Position numbers and translations under genes: made by a program. Under the pieces are notes generated by a model that ran no database searches, was not told the DNA's origin, and saw nothing but the letters and a program-made list of their open reading frames with translations. 64,000 bases of DNA from Octopus bimaculoides (Eukaryota). This document shows, one piece after another, positions 48,030 through 61,182 of this stretch (the first letter of the stretch is position 1; each line of letters opens with the position of its first letter). The DNA is taken from contig NC_068990.1 of NCBI RefSeq assembly GCF_001194135.2, positions 52,511,266-52,575,265 on the forward strand. Direction: 5' to 3'.

Positions 48030-49362
48030 AAACAGGGGAAAAGACTAGATTGCATTGGCATAGAATTGTCAAATGGAGAGTGAATGGAAGACCTGGATGA
48101 TGATGGCTATAAGTACCTTGAGATCCTGGAGCTGGATAATATCTTGCACAGAGAAGTGAAAGACAAGGTCACCACTGCATATTTGAAGTGCCTCAAACTT
48201 CTCTTTAAGTCAAGACTCAATGCAAGGAACTTTGTGACTGCCATCAACATATGGGCTGTTGCTGTAGTCCACTATAGTGCACCCATTCTGAAATGGACAT
48301 GAGTGGAGATTAACCAACTTGATTGCACTATCCAAAAGACAATGAGAATGCATGACGCCCTCCATCCTAAGGTGAACATATTTAGATTCTACATGAAGAG
48401 GTGTAAAGGTGTATGTGGCTGATTAGCGTATGGTAGTGCATCAGCAGTGAAAGAAGAAACATGGGAGAGTATTTGGTAAACAGCAAATAATACCTGCTAC
48501 TGTATATTGCTTATGCAGAAGGATTTACCAATAATGAATTTGAGAGTGCTAATAGATTCCGATCATGAATAGCCAACAAGAGAGAAGAAACTACTCCACA
48601 TAGAATTATATGGTCAATTCCACTGTGAAACTAACAACTTGAAGACCAGGAAGCATCATGGAGGTGGCTCAGCAAGGGTGATCTTAAAAAGAGGACTGAA
48701 AGTCTAATCCTCACTGCCCAGGATCAAGGCATTGAATACCAACTCAGCGAAAAGGGATATGTACCACACAAGTGCAATGAATTTCTGCAGAATGTGTGGG
48801 AAGAGGGTCGAAAGTGTGACTCACATTGTTGGTGCTTGTGAAAGTCTTACTCAGAAAGAGCGCAAGCACAAACACAAGGTAGCCCAAAACCTTCACTGGC
48901 TACTATGCTGAAAGTATGGATATGAGGTAATGGGTTCTTGGTACCAACATACACTAGAAAAGTAATGGATGAAAAGGGAAAAGCAAAGATCCTCCGGGAC
49001 TTTGACTGCTAGACAAACAAGGTATTAGAGCACCAAAGGCCAGATATAGTAGCCTTTAGGAGGGACAAACAACAGTGCCTAATAATCGATGTGGCAGATT
49101 GTGGGGTGGTAGAAAAAGTAAGGTTGTACCAATTGCCATTGGAGCCTTAGGAGCAACAGGGAAGAATCGGAAGGAATGGACAGAAAAGATTGGCTTGTAG
49201 AAACATATAGAATACATGCAACTGGCCTGCTTATTAGGATCAGTGATGATCATTCAAAAGTACTTAGATGGTTGAGGTCACAGGTGGTGACTTGTTATCT
49301 AAGCGTAAACCCACCTAAAGTTCATTATAGGGATAAGATACAAGAAATTTTGAAATAATAAT
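48030..49362 (+). mobile_element. Second R4/Dong-like element, 3' half (thumb, CCHC, RLE), ending in (TAA)3
   Basis: GYKYLEILE...AINIWAV; manual translation gives LILTAQDQALNT, CRMCGKRVESVTHIVGACESL, KILRDFDC, RPDIV, VVPIAIGALG. Confidence 0.85.
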
Positions 49363-49879
49363 AATTCTATCTTGAACTCATTTTATAGGGAACAAGAAGA
49401 TTCTAGAAGATTGAATCACATGATGGCTTGATACTGATTGGTTGTTTAATAAACCTATCATGTGAAACTACTACGGTTTGATTGTGATGCATGACCAATC
49501 ACCTAGGGGTTTGGTTTCAAATCACTGTTACAGTATCTTTACTTAGATCTTGAGCAGAGTATTGGTTAGTATGTAATTGACTGGTGTTGCTGAGTTGGTT
49601 AATACCTTCCACTGTGGGAAGTTAGTCCTGCCTTACTGTGAGCTATGAGTCCACAAGAACCACTAATAAAATCATCTGTAGCAGGTTCTCATCATGTCTT
49701 TGCTTTAGATTTGCATGAAGTCACTCATGTTTCTGTCTACTCACATCCAACCATTCCATACTAGCGAAACATGTTGTTTTCCATTAGTTGCACTTCTCAT
49801 CAAGGTTTTATAGGACTCAAGATCAATATTACAATGCTTGAAGTTACCTTTAAGCTTATCATCTACTACATATGTGGGA

Positions 49880-50130
49880 AATTCTGTCTGTGGGTGTGTT
49901 TGTGGAGTTGTTAGCTAACTCCTCCTACATCGTTTTATCGATTTTGATGAAACTTGACATGTGAGTGGAACTCATGTCTGGAAACAACATGGCACACTCA
50001 GATTGTTGAAAAAAAATCGATAATAGGGCCCCTGGAAGGGATCCTTATATATATCTAATATATTTTATTTAAAAAAACAAAGGAAATAATCCATTCACCC
50101 CTTGAAGGGATCCTTATATATAGCCAAGAG
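49880..50130. mobile_element. Probable non-autonomous Helentron-like repeat
   Basis: TCTGTCTGTG...AACTCCTCCTAC...CGATTTTGATGAAACTTGAC is typical of invertebrate non-autonomous Helentron-type repeats; termini not resolved. Confidence 0.45.
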
Positions 50131-50631
50131 AAAAAACCCATTCATTTTCCTAAATTATTTGGTAAAAATGAAATTGAGTATGCTTATTTCTTAGTATTTA
50201 AACTGTCAGTGCAGTNNNNNNNNNNCGAATCCTAGACAGACCAGTGTGTGTAATATATATATATATATATATGCACACGTTTTAATCTATTTTCCTTGTC
50301 AGTGCAGTGTTTTATAACGAGGAAAGACATTTTAGGGGTGATAAAATTAAAACAATTAACTTTTTTTTTTTCTTTGCTCCGTTTTCTATTAAAAATGTTT
50401 GACTGCTGTCCATGAGGGGAAACCCGTTTTGGTTTCCCCACTTAAAGGTTAACCTACAGATTTGTCTCATCATAAATGTAACAGTGAAAATTTACCAGAA
50501 CTGGGCACGGTATTAGGGTGGAAAAGCAATCAACCAATTCTTTCTCCACGGGGGTAGTGATATCGATTCTGACTCTATCACATTACATCTGCCTCATTTG
50601 ACGGGTATAAAAATCCCAATTTACAATTATA

Positions 50632-50660
50632 CAGGGTGGGCCAAAAGTCACGCATAACAT
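50632..50660. mobile_element. Tc1/mariner-type TIR (orphan)
   Basis: TA|CAGGGTGGGCCAAAAGT, similar to the TIR at 61183; partner not seen (gap nearby). Confidence 0.45.
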
Positions 50661-51334
50661 AAGTTTAATATGCTCCGGAATTGTCGAAGACCTGCTTCAA
50701 TTTTTCTTAAATTGAATAAAATAGATAAAATAATGATGAATGCACACAATAAATAATAACAGTAACGTAATATAAATATTTTGGAGAATTATTCCCTCGC
50801 TCCAACTTCGTTTCCATCAAATGTAACTTTTTTTTTTTTTTTTTTTNNNNNNNNNNNNNNNNNNNNNNNNNNNNNNNNNNNNNNNNNNNNNNNNNNNNNN
50901 NNNNNNNNNNNNNNNNNNNNNNNNNNNNNNNNNNNNNNNNNNNNNNNNNNNNCATTGAAATGTCTTACATATTTTTTCTTAAATGTTATCAACATAATCG
51001 TAATCTACACCTTTCCAAGGTGTTATCTCCGCAAAATTTGATTAAGAAAACCAAACCATTCCCTAAAAATAACTCCTTTTGAAGAGCAATGATGGACATT
51101 CGAGCGTGGAGCATTAAACTGCAGTTATATCTACTCGGTATTTTCGCTTAGTTGTTCGTCTTATGGCTCATGCCCACCAATGGGGAGGAAGGTCAGGATC
51201 CCCCACCACCATACACTCTTTATAGTATTCGTGTTTTTTATACAATGTAAAAAATTACAAGTTTAAGATTCCTGGTTTTCACCTAGGCAGCCAGGGTTCA
51301 ATTCTCAGCATGGAATCACCGTTTCTTGTAATAG

Positions 51335-51490
51335 GCGTAGGCTTGGTTGTGTGGTTAAGAAACTCGCTTTGCAACCACGAGGTTTTGAGAGCAGTCCCAC
51401 TGAGAGGTACTTTAGGCAAGTGTCTTCTACTATAGGCCCGGACCAACCAGTGTTCTGTGAGTGAATTTGGTAAATGGAAACTGTGTAAAA
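51335..51490 (+). mobile_element. SINE family 1-like head fragment, diverged
   Basis: GGTTGTGTGGTTAAGAAACTCGC...TTAGGCAAGTGTCTTCTACTATAG. Confidence 0.7.
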
Positions 51491-51849
51491 CAATAGATCC
51501 ACTTATTTCGGTTCGTGACTTATTCACGAATATACCAACACCAGCGCCCCTGAGGGTAATATCCTCTGGGAATGCACAAAAGCTCTTTTCAGAGTTATTT
51601 ACTTTGAATTGTTATTATCTCATATCTGATCAGCCTGTTATTATGTAACATGCTTCATGATTTTAGTATACATAACTTATTAGTATTTCTTCCTGTTCTA
51701 TATACTTTGGGAATACATTAAAGCCCTTTTCGGGGCTACTTTATTTAAATTCTTATTATCGGGTAACTAATTTCATTTGAAAATTACTATTTTTAAATCT
51801 CACAAGAGATGTTCAGCAACAGTACTTTATAGTAAAGATTTCTGGGTTA

Positions 51850-54800
51850 TTTCTCTTCATCAGCACAGAATGCCTTTTCCATGAATATTAAGCAGGGTCA
51901 CTTGCACCCACCTTTCTTACCACAGCCTTCCATCTTTTGTCAAACACACTTTGCGACAGTCGTCTCCTCTCCAGCCCTATCTTGCTCTTCAGATGATATC
52001 TGAAAAAAGTGAGCAATCTGGGGCCAGAGATGAAGGTTCCCATCACGAGTCCTTGCAGTCTAGTCTTCTAAACACACTCTTTCAACACTGCTACTGTAAG
52101 GAGGAAACATGTCTCACCTTCCTTTGAGAGTCCGGTGGGCGGCACAATCTGATAGCTGTACTCTGACTAGGTGTGACAACACATGTTCAACGTAAACTAT
52201 CAAGCCTGAAAGCTTCCGACAGTGTACAAAAGCATGCAGGACAGTTTCATCGTCAAGCCCACATCTTGGACATATCGGTGGCACTTACATTCTGTGCTTG
52301 GATAACTTACCATGAACAGGTAAAGCGTTACTGTAGCACTGCCAGGTTATATAAATACCCCGACCCGAAAGTCTTTTGGAACAGCTGGGTAAGTTGGTTC
52401 TCATTGAACCCCAGAGCCCCTCCTAGGATGTCATTGTTTTTAAACTCTACTAGCCCTCTTTACAAAACCGAGGTTGTATTCTCACTGCTGGCCTTGCCCA
52501 TCTTGTGGATCAGCATGAGTGCCTGTCGACACTCCTTTTGCCATTCTGTCAAATTGTGTCTTTTAATAAAACTGGGTTTGAATCTCTCCAAAGAGGCTGG
52601 TCGTGGGAAGAATTCCTCTGCCAGCAGATTCCACACCTTGTCACCCTCCAGGTAGCGCCAGAGATGTCTCAGCCTCAACGCATGTTTGTGCATCATAAGC
52701 CAGGGCATCCCTAACCCACCCTTTAGCGGTTCCTGGCAGCAGAGGGAGCGCCTTACAAGTGGCTTTCCTCCCTTCCACAAAAAGCGGAAAAGGAGGCACT
52801 CCAACTTGTTTAGCCATGAGTTGGGGCAAGGGACAACGGTTAAGCGGTAGGTGATTGCAGATGCCATAAACACCTGTACTACCTCTGCCTTTCCTTTCAG
52901 GGATAGAGCCCATCCGGACCAAGTCCGAACAAGAGCTTCCACCCTGTCTGCCACCTCGCTCCAATTCTTCTCCATTTGGGAGTCCAATCCAAACCAAACT
53001 CCAAGCAACTTAACAGGACCATCTGTCCAGTAACCGACGACACAGTACGATACCGGCTTGCTCCTCCAGGTGCTGAGGCACAAGCCGATGGACTTGTCCT
53101 TGTTAACTTTTGCTCCTGCCACTGCCTTGTATCCTTTGATGACGTCCTCTACACAAGGTAGCTGAGCCTCATAGGACACGACGATGGCGACGTTATCCGC
53201 ATAAGCAGAGACCGACTTACCGCATCCAATTTCATTGGGGGGGTGTCCCAAATTCTCCAACTTCCTCAGTAAAGGCTCAAGAGCCAAAACGTACAGAAGC
53301 AGGGACAGGGGACACCCTTGACGAACTGAGTGCTTGATTGAAAATGGCTCCAACAGGTAGCCGTTTANNNNNNNNNNNNNNNNNNNNNNNNNNNNNNNNN
53401 NNNNNNNNNNNNNNNNNNNNNNNNNNNNNNNNNNNNNNNNNNNNNNNNNNNNNNNNNNNNNNNNNNNNNNNNNNNNNNNNNNNNNNNNNNNNNNNNNNNN
53501 NNNNNNNNNNNNNNNNNNNNNNNNNNNNNNNNNNNNNNNNNNNNNNNNNNNNNNNNNNNNNNNNNNNNNNNNNNNNNNNNNNNNNNNNNNNNNNNNNNNN
53601 NNNNNNNNNNNNNNNNNNNNNNNNNNNNNNNNNNNNNNNNNNNNNNNNNNNNNNNNNNNNNNNNNNNNNNNNNNNNNNNNNNNNNNNNNNNNNNNNNNNN
53701 NNNNNNNNNGGGACTCCCCACACTTGAGCTCATTGCCCTGCTCAAACAACCGGGCGAAATGCTGGTGAAAGGCCTTCTGCATCATTTCCTGTTCATAGAT
53801 CTTGTGCCCCTGTTCATCTGTTTGCCCCTCTGACACTCCACACAATGGGCTCATCTGGCAACGTTAATATCTTCTCGACCCACTGCATGTAGCTTAGCTC
53901 TAACTCTACAGCCTTCATGTTTGGCTTTGAGGTGATGGTACAAGACCGTTCTCACCGCCAGCACTCTGTCTGCAGAGCCAAATTCCAAAGCCTCATCTAA
54001 ATTCTTAACTAGTTCCCTTTCTATTCTAGATCTATCTAAACTTAGCTGGTTGCTAAATCTAATAGACTCTAAACGGATGGCTCTCTTGGGGGCGTGCCAC
54101 CATCTATCATTAATGATGGCGCCACATAATGCCCTCTGTACTAATTCCATAATCCGGGTACGGAAGGCTTGACAAGTCAAAATAGACTTGTTCATCTTCC
54201 AGTACCTGGGTCCCTGTCTATGACATTTATCCATATGTACCTCACACATCACAAATTTGTGATCCGTGTAAGGCACAATACAAAATTGTGGACAGCTAAA
54301 GGTATACCTATCTCTTTCTCTAACAAATACCTTATCTATATAAGATCTGCGTGAGCTGTCGTTATTACTCCACGTCCACTGTGGAATGCTCAGTTCATCC
54401 AGTCTGTAACGGTCTATTAGATTATAGCTCTCTAGTAGACCTTTGAGGCCAGGATTTCCCCTCCTATCAGTCTAGCCAACACTATCCACCTGTGCATCGA
54501 GTATAGGGTTAAAGTCTCCTAATAGAACTACCATTTTTGATATCACTAGAAAGTGCTCTAGTTCTTGATAAAAACCAGACTGCCTACACTCCTTAGGAGC
54601 ATAGACAACTACCAACCTGAAGGACTGTTTACTCTCTCGGGTCACATCTAGGACGACCAGCCTACCTTCTGGGTCCAGAAAGACTGTACTTACCTGTAAG
54701 TCCAAGGTCTTCCTGAGTAGAACCACCATTCTCCCTCCTCCTCATTGGCTAGGAGAAATAAATTTCTCATAGCCATTTAGAAAAGGCGAGAACGTTTGTG

Positions 54801-55980
54801 GTCCACTCATCTTGGACTCAGTTACAATGCATACATCTATATCTCATGACCTGAGGTCGTTCAGGAGACAAGCTTGTTTCCATTTCGACCCCAGCCCATG
54901 CATATTTATGCACCCTAGCTTAATCGACATAATGAAATTTTATTGAAAGGAATTACTTACAATTTAAGTTGAGAGCACTGCACAAATCCACCTATCTCCC
55001 CATCTTTTTCTTTTGCTGGTATAGCCGCTGGGCTTTTTATCAGTGTAGCCGCTGGGCTATTTGTTGGTCTGGCTGCCGGGCTTACAATTAATTTACCCTC
55101 TGCCACTTCTGTGCTGACATCTCGCATATTGTCCAGGTAACACGCTATCAATTCCTTCCACAGGCCTTCATCCATTAATGCAAAACTAATGCCTGTTGGT
55201 GTGTCTTTCGTTCTTTTATATACACGTACCTTGTGGTGTGATCTAATGTATTTAGACATCAGTTCATTTCTCTCTCTAAAGGCCACTGTTTTTTCACGTG
55301 TTTTTTGGGGGTGGGTTGATAAATGATTTTACTGTGGGGTTGGGTTGGGGAGTTTGGTTGTGTGTGTCTGTTGCATGCTTTGTTGATTGTTTTGATTGGG
55401 AAGGGGAGTCAGGGACAGTGTCTTTTTTCGTTTATGCATGACTGTGGTAAACTCCATTTCTTCGGTTGTTTCTTTCTTCTCCTCAGCTACTTTTTCTTCC
55501 TTCTTCTCTGACACATTCTCCAGCTTGTCCATCTTTTCCGTCACCTCCTTTGCAGCTTTTTGGGGAGGGGCCTCATTCTCTTTTCTCTTTTTCATGCACT
55601 TGGAGCAAACGTGGGCCTTTTCTCCACACTAGAAGCATCTGGGCCTACGTCCCTCCCCGACCACTCGCAATGATAGCCCCTCCCCTACAAATACCCTATC
55701 GTGCAAATTTTCCAGGGTCTCATACGCCGCTTGGACTATCATTTCTAATGTGTGGCCTTTCCAGTTTATGGCAGCCTTCTTTTCCATCTGTAAGATGGAC
55801 ACCTCCTCTTCTACGTCATAAATCACTGTTGCTGCTACCCACATAACTTCATATCCTGCTGGGATTTCTTCCACCGTAATTTTTGCAGTTTTGTGTCCCA
55901 AGTATGTTGCCGTCTGTGAAATTTCTTGTGTATGTTTATGTCTGTGTATAGATTCGCTTTGTATGTTGTTTATATCCATG
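51850..55980 (-). mobile_element. Tx1/L1-clade LINE: ORF1 (CCHC knuckle) plus ORF2 (APE, RT), decayed, with internal gap
   Basis: ORF1 RCF*CGEKAHVCSKC and Lys/Glu-rich region, ending at 54957; ORF2 ATG at 54930 (MSIKLGCINMHGL), EGRLVVLDV, VVYAP, LLGDFN, TDHKFV, YWKMNKSIL; RT SVRQGCPLS..ALEPLL, SAYADNV, VKLLGVWFG, GGLGMP. Confidence 0.88.
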
Positions 55981-56269
55981 CCCTTTATATGGATTTATTT
56001 ATTTATTTATTTAATCTATCTCTACTTCTTACATTTATCACAGATATGTGACAAATATATTTATTTATTTATTCATCTATTTATATATTTAAAAAAAGTT
56101 TTTATTTATTTATCTATATTTCTTATATGTATCACAGGTAAGTGCATATATGTCTATTGTGCGTGTATTACCCTGTATGTATCTGTGAATTATTTACGAT
56201 TTCTTTTTCTCTTCTCTTCCCTTCTGTTTTTAAGTGGTGGGTGTTACTGTTCCAGTCGTGTTCTCTATT

Positions 56270-58870
56270 GAGGCCTGATCTGTCTACTGCTATGTGTGTA
56301 GCCTCTGTGATCTGTCTAAGTGTGTCAGTTCTATGCCTTGATAATACTTTAACCTCTCTGCTATTAATCGAGCCTCCATGTTCTGCCTGAGCATGTTAGT
56401 ACAGCACTGACGAGCTTTTCTCTTCTTTGAGCTCTCACCAATATTCACTTATACGCTCTCCTATGCTGTGTGCAGTCTCTATCTCTACAATGTAGGTAGT
56501 TGTCATGTTTCTGCACCGTCCCTCAGTACATCATAAACTATACTCTACATTCTTAACCTTACAGTTAACCCATGGATTCATCCTACATTCAACACAATTG
56601 TACTCCTTACAGGGGTCTTATCAAAAGGATAGGTACTTCAGATCAAGGATTTTATAGGGACACCAGACCTGTCCACTACTTTAATCCATAGATTAGCCTT
56701 ACTTAATGTTTTTCTAAAAAGGCATGCTAGTTCGCTGCCAGGGGTAGCATTGACCAACATGACACTCTGGTATTCTTTGTTATCATACCAAATGTTGGCC
56801 TTATTTATTTTATTAATGGTCCTTTCTGTGCTGTTCCAGGATTTACTCCTGTACAGCAGGCAGATCCCCTTAGCATCACCCTCTATGATGGCCTTGTACT
56901 TAGTCCTGGCTCCTTTGTACACCCCAGTTCTGTCCCTTTGATTGTAGTCAAAGAACCGCATGCAGTGGGTGAAGTATTATATGTGTTTTTCCAATTCCAT
57001 AGGGTTGCACATGCAAAACACATTCCTCATCACTCTCACCAAGTCAGCTATAAGAATGTTGAACTTGGCGTTGTCCTCAATTGCTGTGTTCTTATGAACA
57101 AGGTACTTAGAGGCCATGGGTTTGGCATAATGAGAGTGAAGGATCTGGATCTTACCATTCTTTGTTTCTTGCCAGAGTTCTGTGTCTAAAACAGGTAATC
57201 TATAGTTTGGGTGCTTACTAGGGTAGTCTATCATTATTTCAGTACTCTGGTAGATGGAGTTAGCTATTTGCTGGATGCTCTCCATAATGTTAGCTTCTAG
57301 ATAATCAACATTGTCTTGTAGTGGTGCTTTGGCTACTATCCTGATATCATCCACATATTGGGTATACATGGTTAGGTTTATGGAGTTCTCTGCTAATTTC
57401 TCTTTAAGTCTCCTATCCCACCATACCACATTGCCAGCAATACTGACTCCAATGGCTGCACCTTCTTCTTGAGTGTATATCTTGTTATTAAACTTAAATA
57501 TATGGCCCTTGAGTATGGTCTTGGTACTCACACTCACTGCATGTTCGACCATCTTTTTAATCTGATCATTGTTTTCAGGGGTCTGTATAGCTCTGGTCCA
57601 CTCATTCCATCTCTTTTTAGGGGTCTTCTTGGCCATAGAAGTTATGGTAGGTGGTCCACCCCTTATCGATCTAGTGGGGCAGAAACAACTAAGGTCATGT
57701 TTATCTAAGTAATCATTGTCACATGTCAGTCTCAGAGGGAGTACTAGTTCTTCTGTGTCAACACCACTAAACTCCACATTGCTCTCTCTGATCACCTCCG
57801 CACATTTCTCCACAGCAAAATCAACATTAATGGATGGGTATAGGGACACTACGTCCATACTACCTATTATGCATCCTGTCAGGTTGTAGGCATGGTTGCA
57901 CTCATTGATTCTGCTGAGGCAGTCCTCTGTGCTGTCACACACATCTGGGGACATTTTTATCAGAGGGCATATGATCATTGAAAGGAAGAAGGAGATCTGG
58001 TAGTTGTTGGCGACATTGGTTCTGCAAACTGGTCTCATTGGTGGTACTGTCACTGGGTCAGTGGTCATCTTATGGTCCTTGTGCTGTCCATACAGTGCTG
58101 GGATGTCATTGTTGGTGCCCAGGAAGTTGTTAGCTGTGTACTTCTTTGCCCCTAGGATGTTTGATCACATCATCATATGAGCATTGAGGATTTTCTCTCG
58201 CTTCTCATACTTCCATATTGTTGTTTCTCTCATATTGGTAATGTGGTGTTGCATCGCCTGGATGTAGTTCAGCAGGCTGTCTACTGACATTCTGCCAAAC
58301 TTGTCCATGGGGGAAGCACACAACTTCCCTATTTCTTGTGTGCTGTATGAGCTTGTGCAGGCCACCTGCAGACTTCTTGTCAAGTTGCTGTACCTCTCTA
58401 CCACTCCGTCTACTAGTATATTTTTCTAAAATTTGTCTAAGTTTAGTACTAGCTTTGATGAAACATGCTTCTATTTCGTCATTTGTCTGTTGAGGAATGC
58501 AAACTCTTTTGTTCAAGGGTAGGGTTGTCGGATAAATATGGCTCATATCATATGATTTATCTAATGGATTGAAGAATAGGGCACGGAAAGGGTTGGTGTC
58601 ATTTATACCTGTTGTACTGCTATTAATCATATCATTTCTATCTCCTTGGTTGTGTCTGTTGTTGTTCCTATTGGTGGTGGTGGGGTAATTCTATGTGTAT
58701 TGTTGTTGTCAGTAATGTTTGTATTGCTTGGCATGTTTAATTAGGTGTTTCCGTTATTGTTGTTGTAGTTGTTCGCAACCTCATTATTGCCATTATTCTT
58801 ATTGTTATAGTTGTTGTTGTTACTGTTATTACCATCTCCACCTTATGGCTATTATCTCCTGTTTTGCTGA
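56270..58870 (-). mobile_element. Penelope-like element: N-terminal domain, RT with long A-B' spacer, Cys-rich linker and C-terminal GIY-YIG; 5' end cut by an RTE
   Basis: YSNLT, DKFGRMSVDS..NY, YGQHKDHK, PMRPVC, MDVVSLYPSI, QEEGAAIG, YVDDI, YPSKHP..LPVLD, YAKPMAS, LVRVMRN. Manual translation of 56290-56640 gives PCKEYNCVEC..NCKVKNVEYSL*C....YI..ETAHSIGERISE...HAQAEH...LRQITEATHI....LNRE.DW (GIY-YIG-like). Confidence 0.85.
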
Positions 58871-58875
58871 CCCTA

Positions 58876-60900
58876 GGTTCCCAAAATAAGGAGGAGCCTA
58901 TTGGAGTATTGCAATGCAAATGACCTAATTATCTGCAACACTAACTTCAGACCTAATGATCTGTAACACTAACTTCAGAAACCAGCCAATCACCTGATCA
59001 ACTATCAATCTGGTGACCACACAAGCCACATCAGATTTACTAGGATCTCACCAGAATGTGGGATATACATTTGCTCTTAGTTGCAAAGGCACTCCCAAGT
59101 AAAGAATGTACTCCTCAACACAGGATAATCAATAGCAACTTCACACTTCGGGCTAGAAGGACTCCAAGAAGTAAACCAGTCTTCAGAAGATAACGTTGGA
59201 AGCTTAAGAGTCATTCAAATAAATTTAGAGGTGTCCTAATTGAAGTATTTGACAAGGAGGAAGTGATAGAGGTGTATAACATAGAGGACAACTGAAGGTT
59301 CCTTTGGGATAGCCTACTAAGGACTGCAGACCCAACTCGTGACTGGTGCAAAGTTCCAGCCAGATCCAAGGTGACAAGGTGGTAGAACAGTGAAGTTGAC
59401 AGTGCCGTGAAAGCAAATAAACAGGCATGGAAAGACAGGAAGAGTAAGGGTTGCAAAGAACTATACCAGGTAGCTAGCAGAGAAGCAAGATGACAGGTAT
59501 ATTTAGCTAGGGGAGAAATAAAATAAAAAGAAGTTTTCCAATGTTCTGCAGTGTGAGTGTTAGGGACATAAGATGTTCCAGATTGCAAGACAGTATGCCA
59601 CAGAACATCATGATGTAGGAGAGAAGAGTATTTGGGTGGATGATGGGACTTGTATTTAGTGACTCTGAAAAGAAAGAGGCATGGAAGTGTCACTATGAAA
59701 GGCTGCTAAATGTGGAAAATGCATGGGAAAAGGTGAGTCTTGCTCTCTCTCATCTGGTGGTCACTGTGGAAGCTATGGATAGATGAGTCACTGGTGAAAG
59801 CTGTCCAAAACCATGTGCAGAGATGTTGTCTGTAATGTGAAAGTCAGAAATGAATATAGCAACAAATTCAGTGCACAGGTAGGAGTTTACCAAGGCTCAA
59901 TTCCCAGTCTCCTCTTGTTTATCATAATCCTCTAGGTCATAATAGAGGAATTGCTCATGGAAGCTTCTCTGTGTTGATGACTTTGTTCTCATAGCTGAAT
60001 CTATTGTAGAATTAGAGAAGAAATTTCAGGTATAGAAGCAAAGCCTGGAATCAAATGGCCTTAGAGTTAATTTAGCAAAGACCAAGTCACTTGTAAGCAC
60101 AACAGCAGACAAATTAGTAATCCCTTCAAGCCCTACTTGATATATAGAAAGGATGTAGGTAGAAATTCCATATGGTGTACTCAGTGCACACTATGAATAC
60201 ATAAGAGGTGCAGTGGGATCACAGGAAGGTTAACAGAGGAAGTGCTCTTTGTGTGTGGCAGATGTACAGGAAGAATAAATACTAAGAACACATGGGAAAT
60301 AAATTACCTCCAATGCTACTTTAGAAGTAGTAGCTAGATTTCACTACTTAGGTGACCAGATTAGTACGGTGGAAGATGCTCTGAAAGTGTGAATGCTAGA
60401 ATTAGAATCAGCTGAGTAAAGTTCAGAGGGCTATTACCTTTGTTGATAACATAGGATCTCTCCCACAGAGTGAAAGGCAGATTGTACAATGCTCATGTAT
60501 GAACCACTATGCTACATTGTAGTGAAACATGGACTGGGGCTGCAGAGGACAAGCAAAGGCTTGAAAGAAATGAAGCCAGCATGCTTCACTAAATGTGCAA
60601 TGTCAGTGTGCCTGTACAACAAAGTGCAAATGTGTTGAGAAAAAAGTTTGGTATAAAAGGCATCAGATGTAGTGTGTAAGAGAGAAGACTATAGTAGTAT
60701 AGTTATGTGATGCATATGGATGAGGGTGCTGATTTCTAAATGTGGATTGAACCTATGGAAGAGGAAAACCCAAGAAGACATGAGGCAAAGTGATGAAAAA
60801 AAATGATCTAAAGAAGCTAAACCTCACAAAAAATGACAAAGGACTGAGACAATTGGCGATTTGCTGTTCTTGAAAAGACCTGACCAGCAAAGTAGGATTA
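58876..60900 (+). mobile_element. RTE-clade LINE, 5'-truncated in APE, internally deleted, decayed
   Basis: Starts GSQNKE..LLEYCNANDLIICNTNF, matching 12475-12560 of the first RTE; continues through RT remnants to GRGKPKKT near 60760. Confidence 0.85.
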
Positions 60901-61182
60901 AAGCCATCATGACATGTCCTTTATTGTTATACCTCCACTCTGCACTCAGTCTGTCCCTGACAAACCTCTCCCCTACATCTTCCCAACATCTCTCCCTTCC
61001 TCCACCTGTGCTCATCATTCACTACATTCCTTCCCCTCCATCTCCCAATCTCCCGTTGAATCTCCTCCCCTGTAACATATCCTCTTAACCCCTCCCCTCC
61101 ACTTCCCATTCTCCTTTTGCAATCTTGTGAACTTACCCATCCATTCACCCTATCCAATACTTTGTTCCACTTCACTTATATA

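Noticed and set aside
50417-50440. Perfect 9-bp hairpin GGGGAAACC-CGTTTT-GGTTTCCCC as a terminator or Helitron end
   Set aside because: No T-run and no nearby CTRR; an isolated hairpin close to assembly gaps.
51838-51863. Minus-strand CTGATGA...GAAA hammerhead-like core
   Set aside because: No stem II pairing, no stem III or NUH cleavage triplet, and no stem I.
56400-56640. In-frame TGA codons in the PLE GIY-YIG region as possible selenocysteine (reported for some Naiads)
   Set aside because: The copy has frameshifts and other stops, the TGAs fit single-step decay from CGA or TGG, and no SECIS was recognised.
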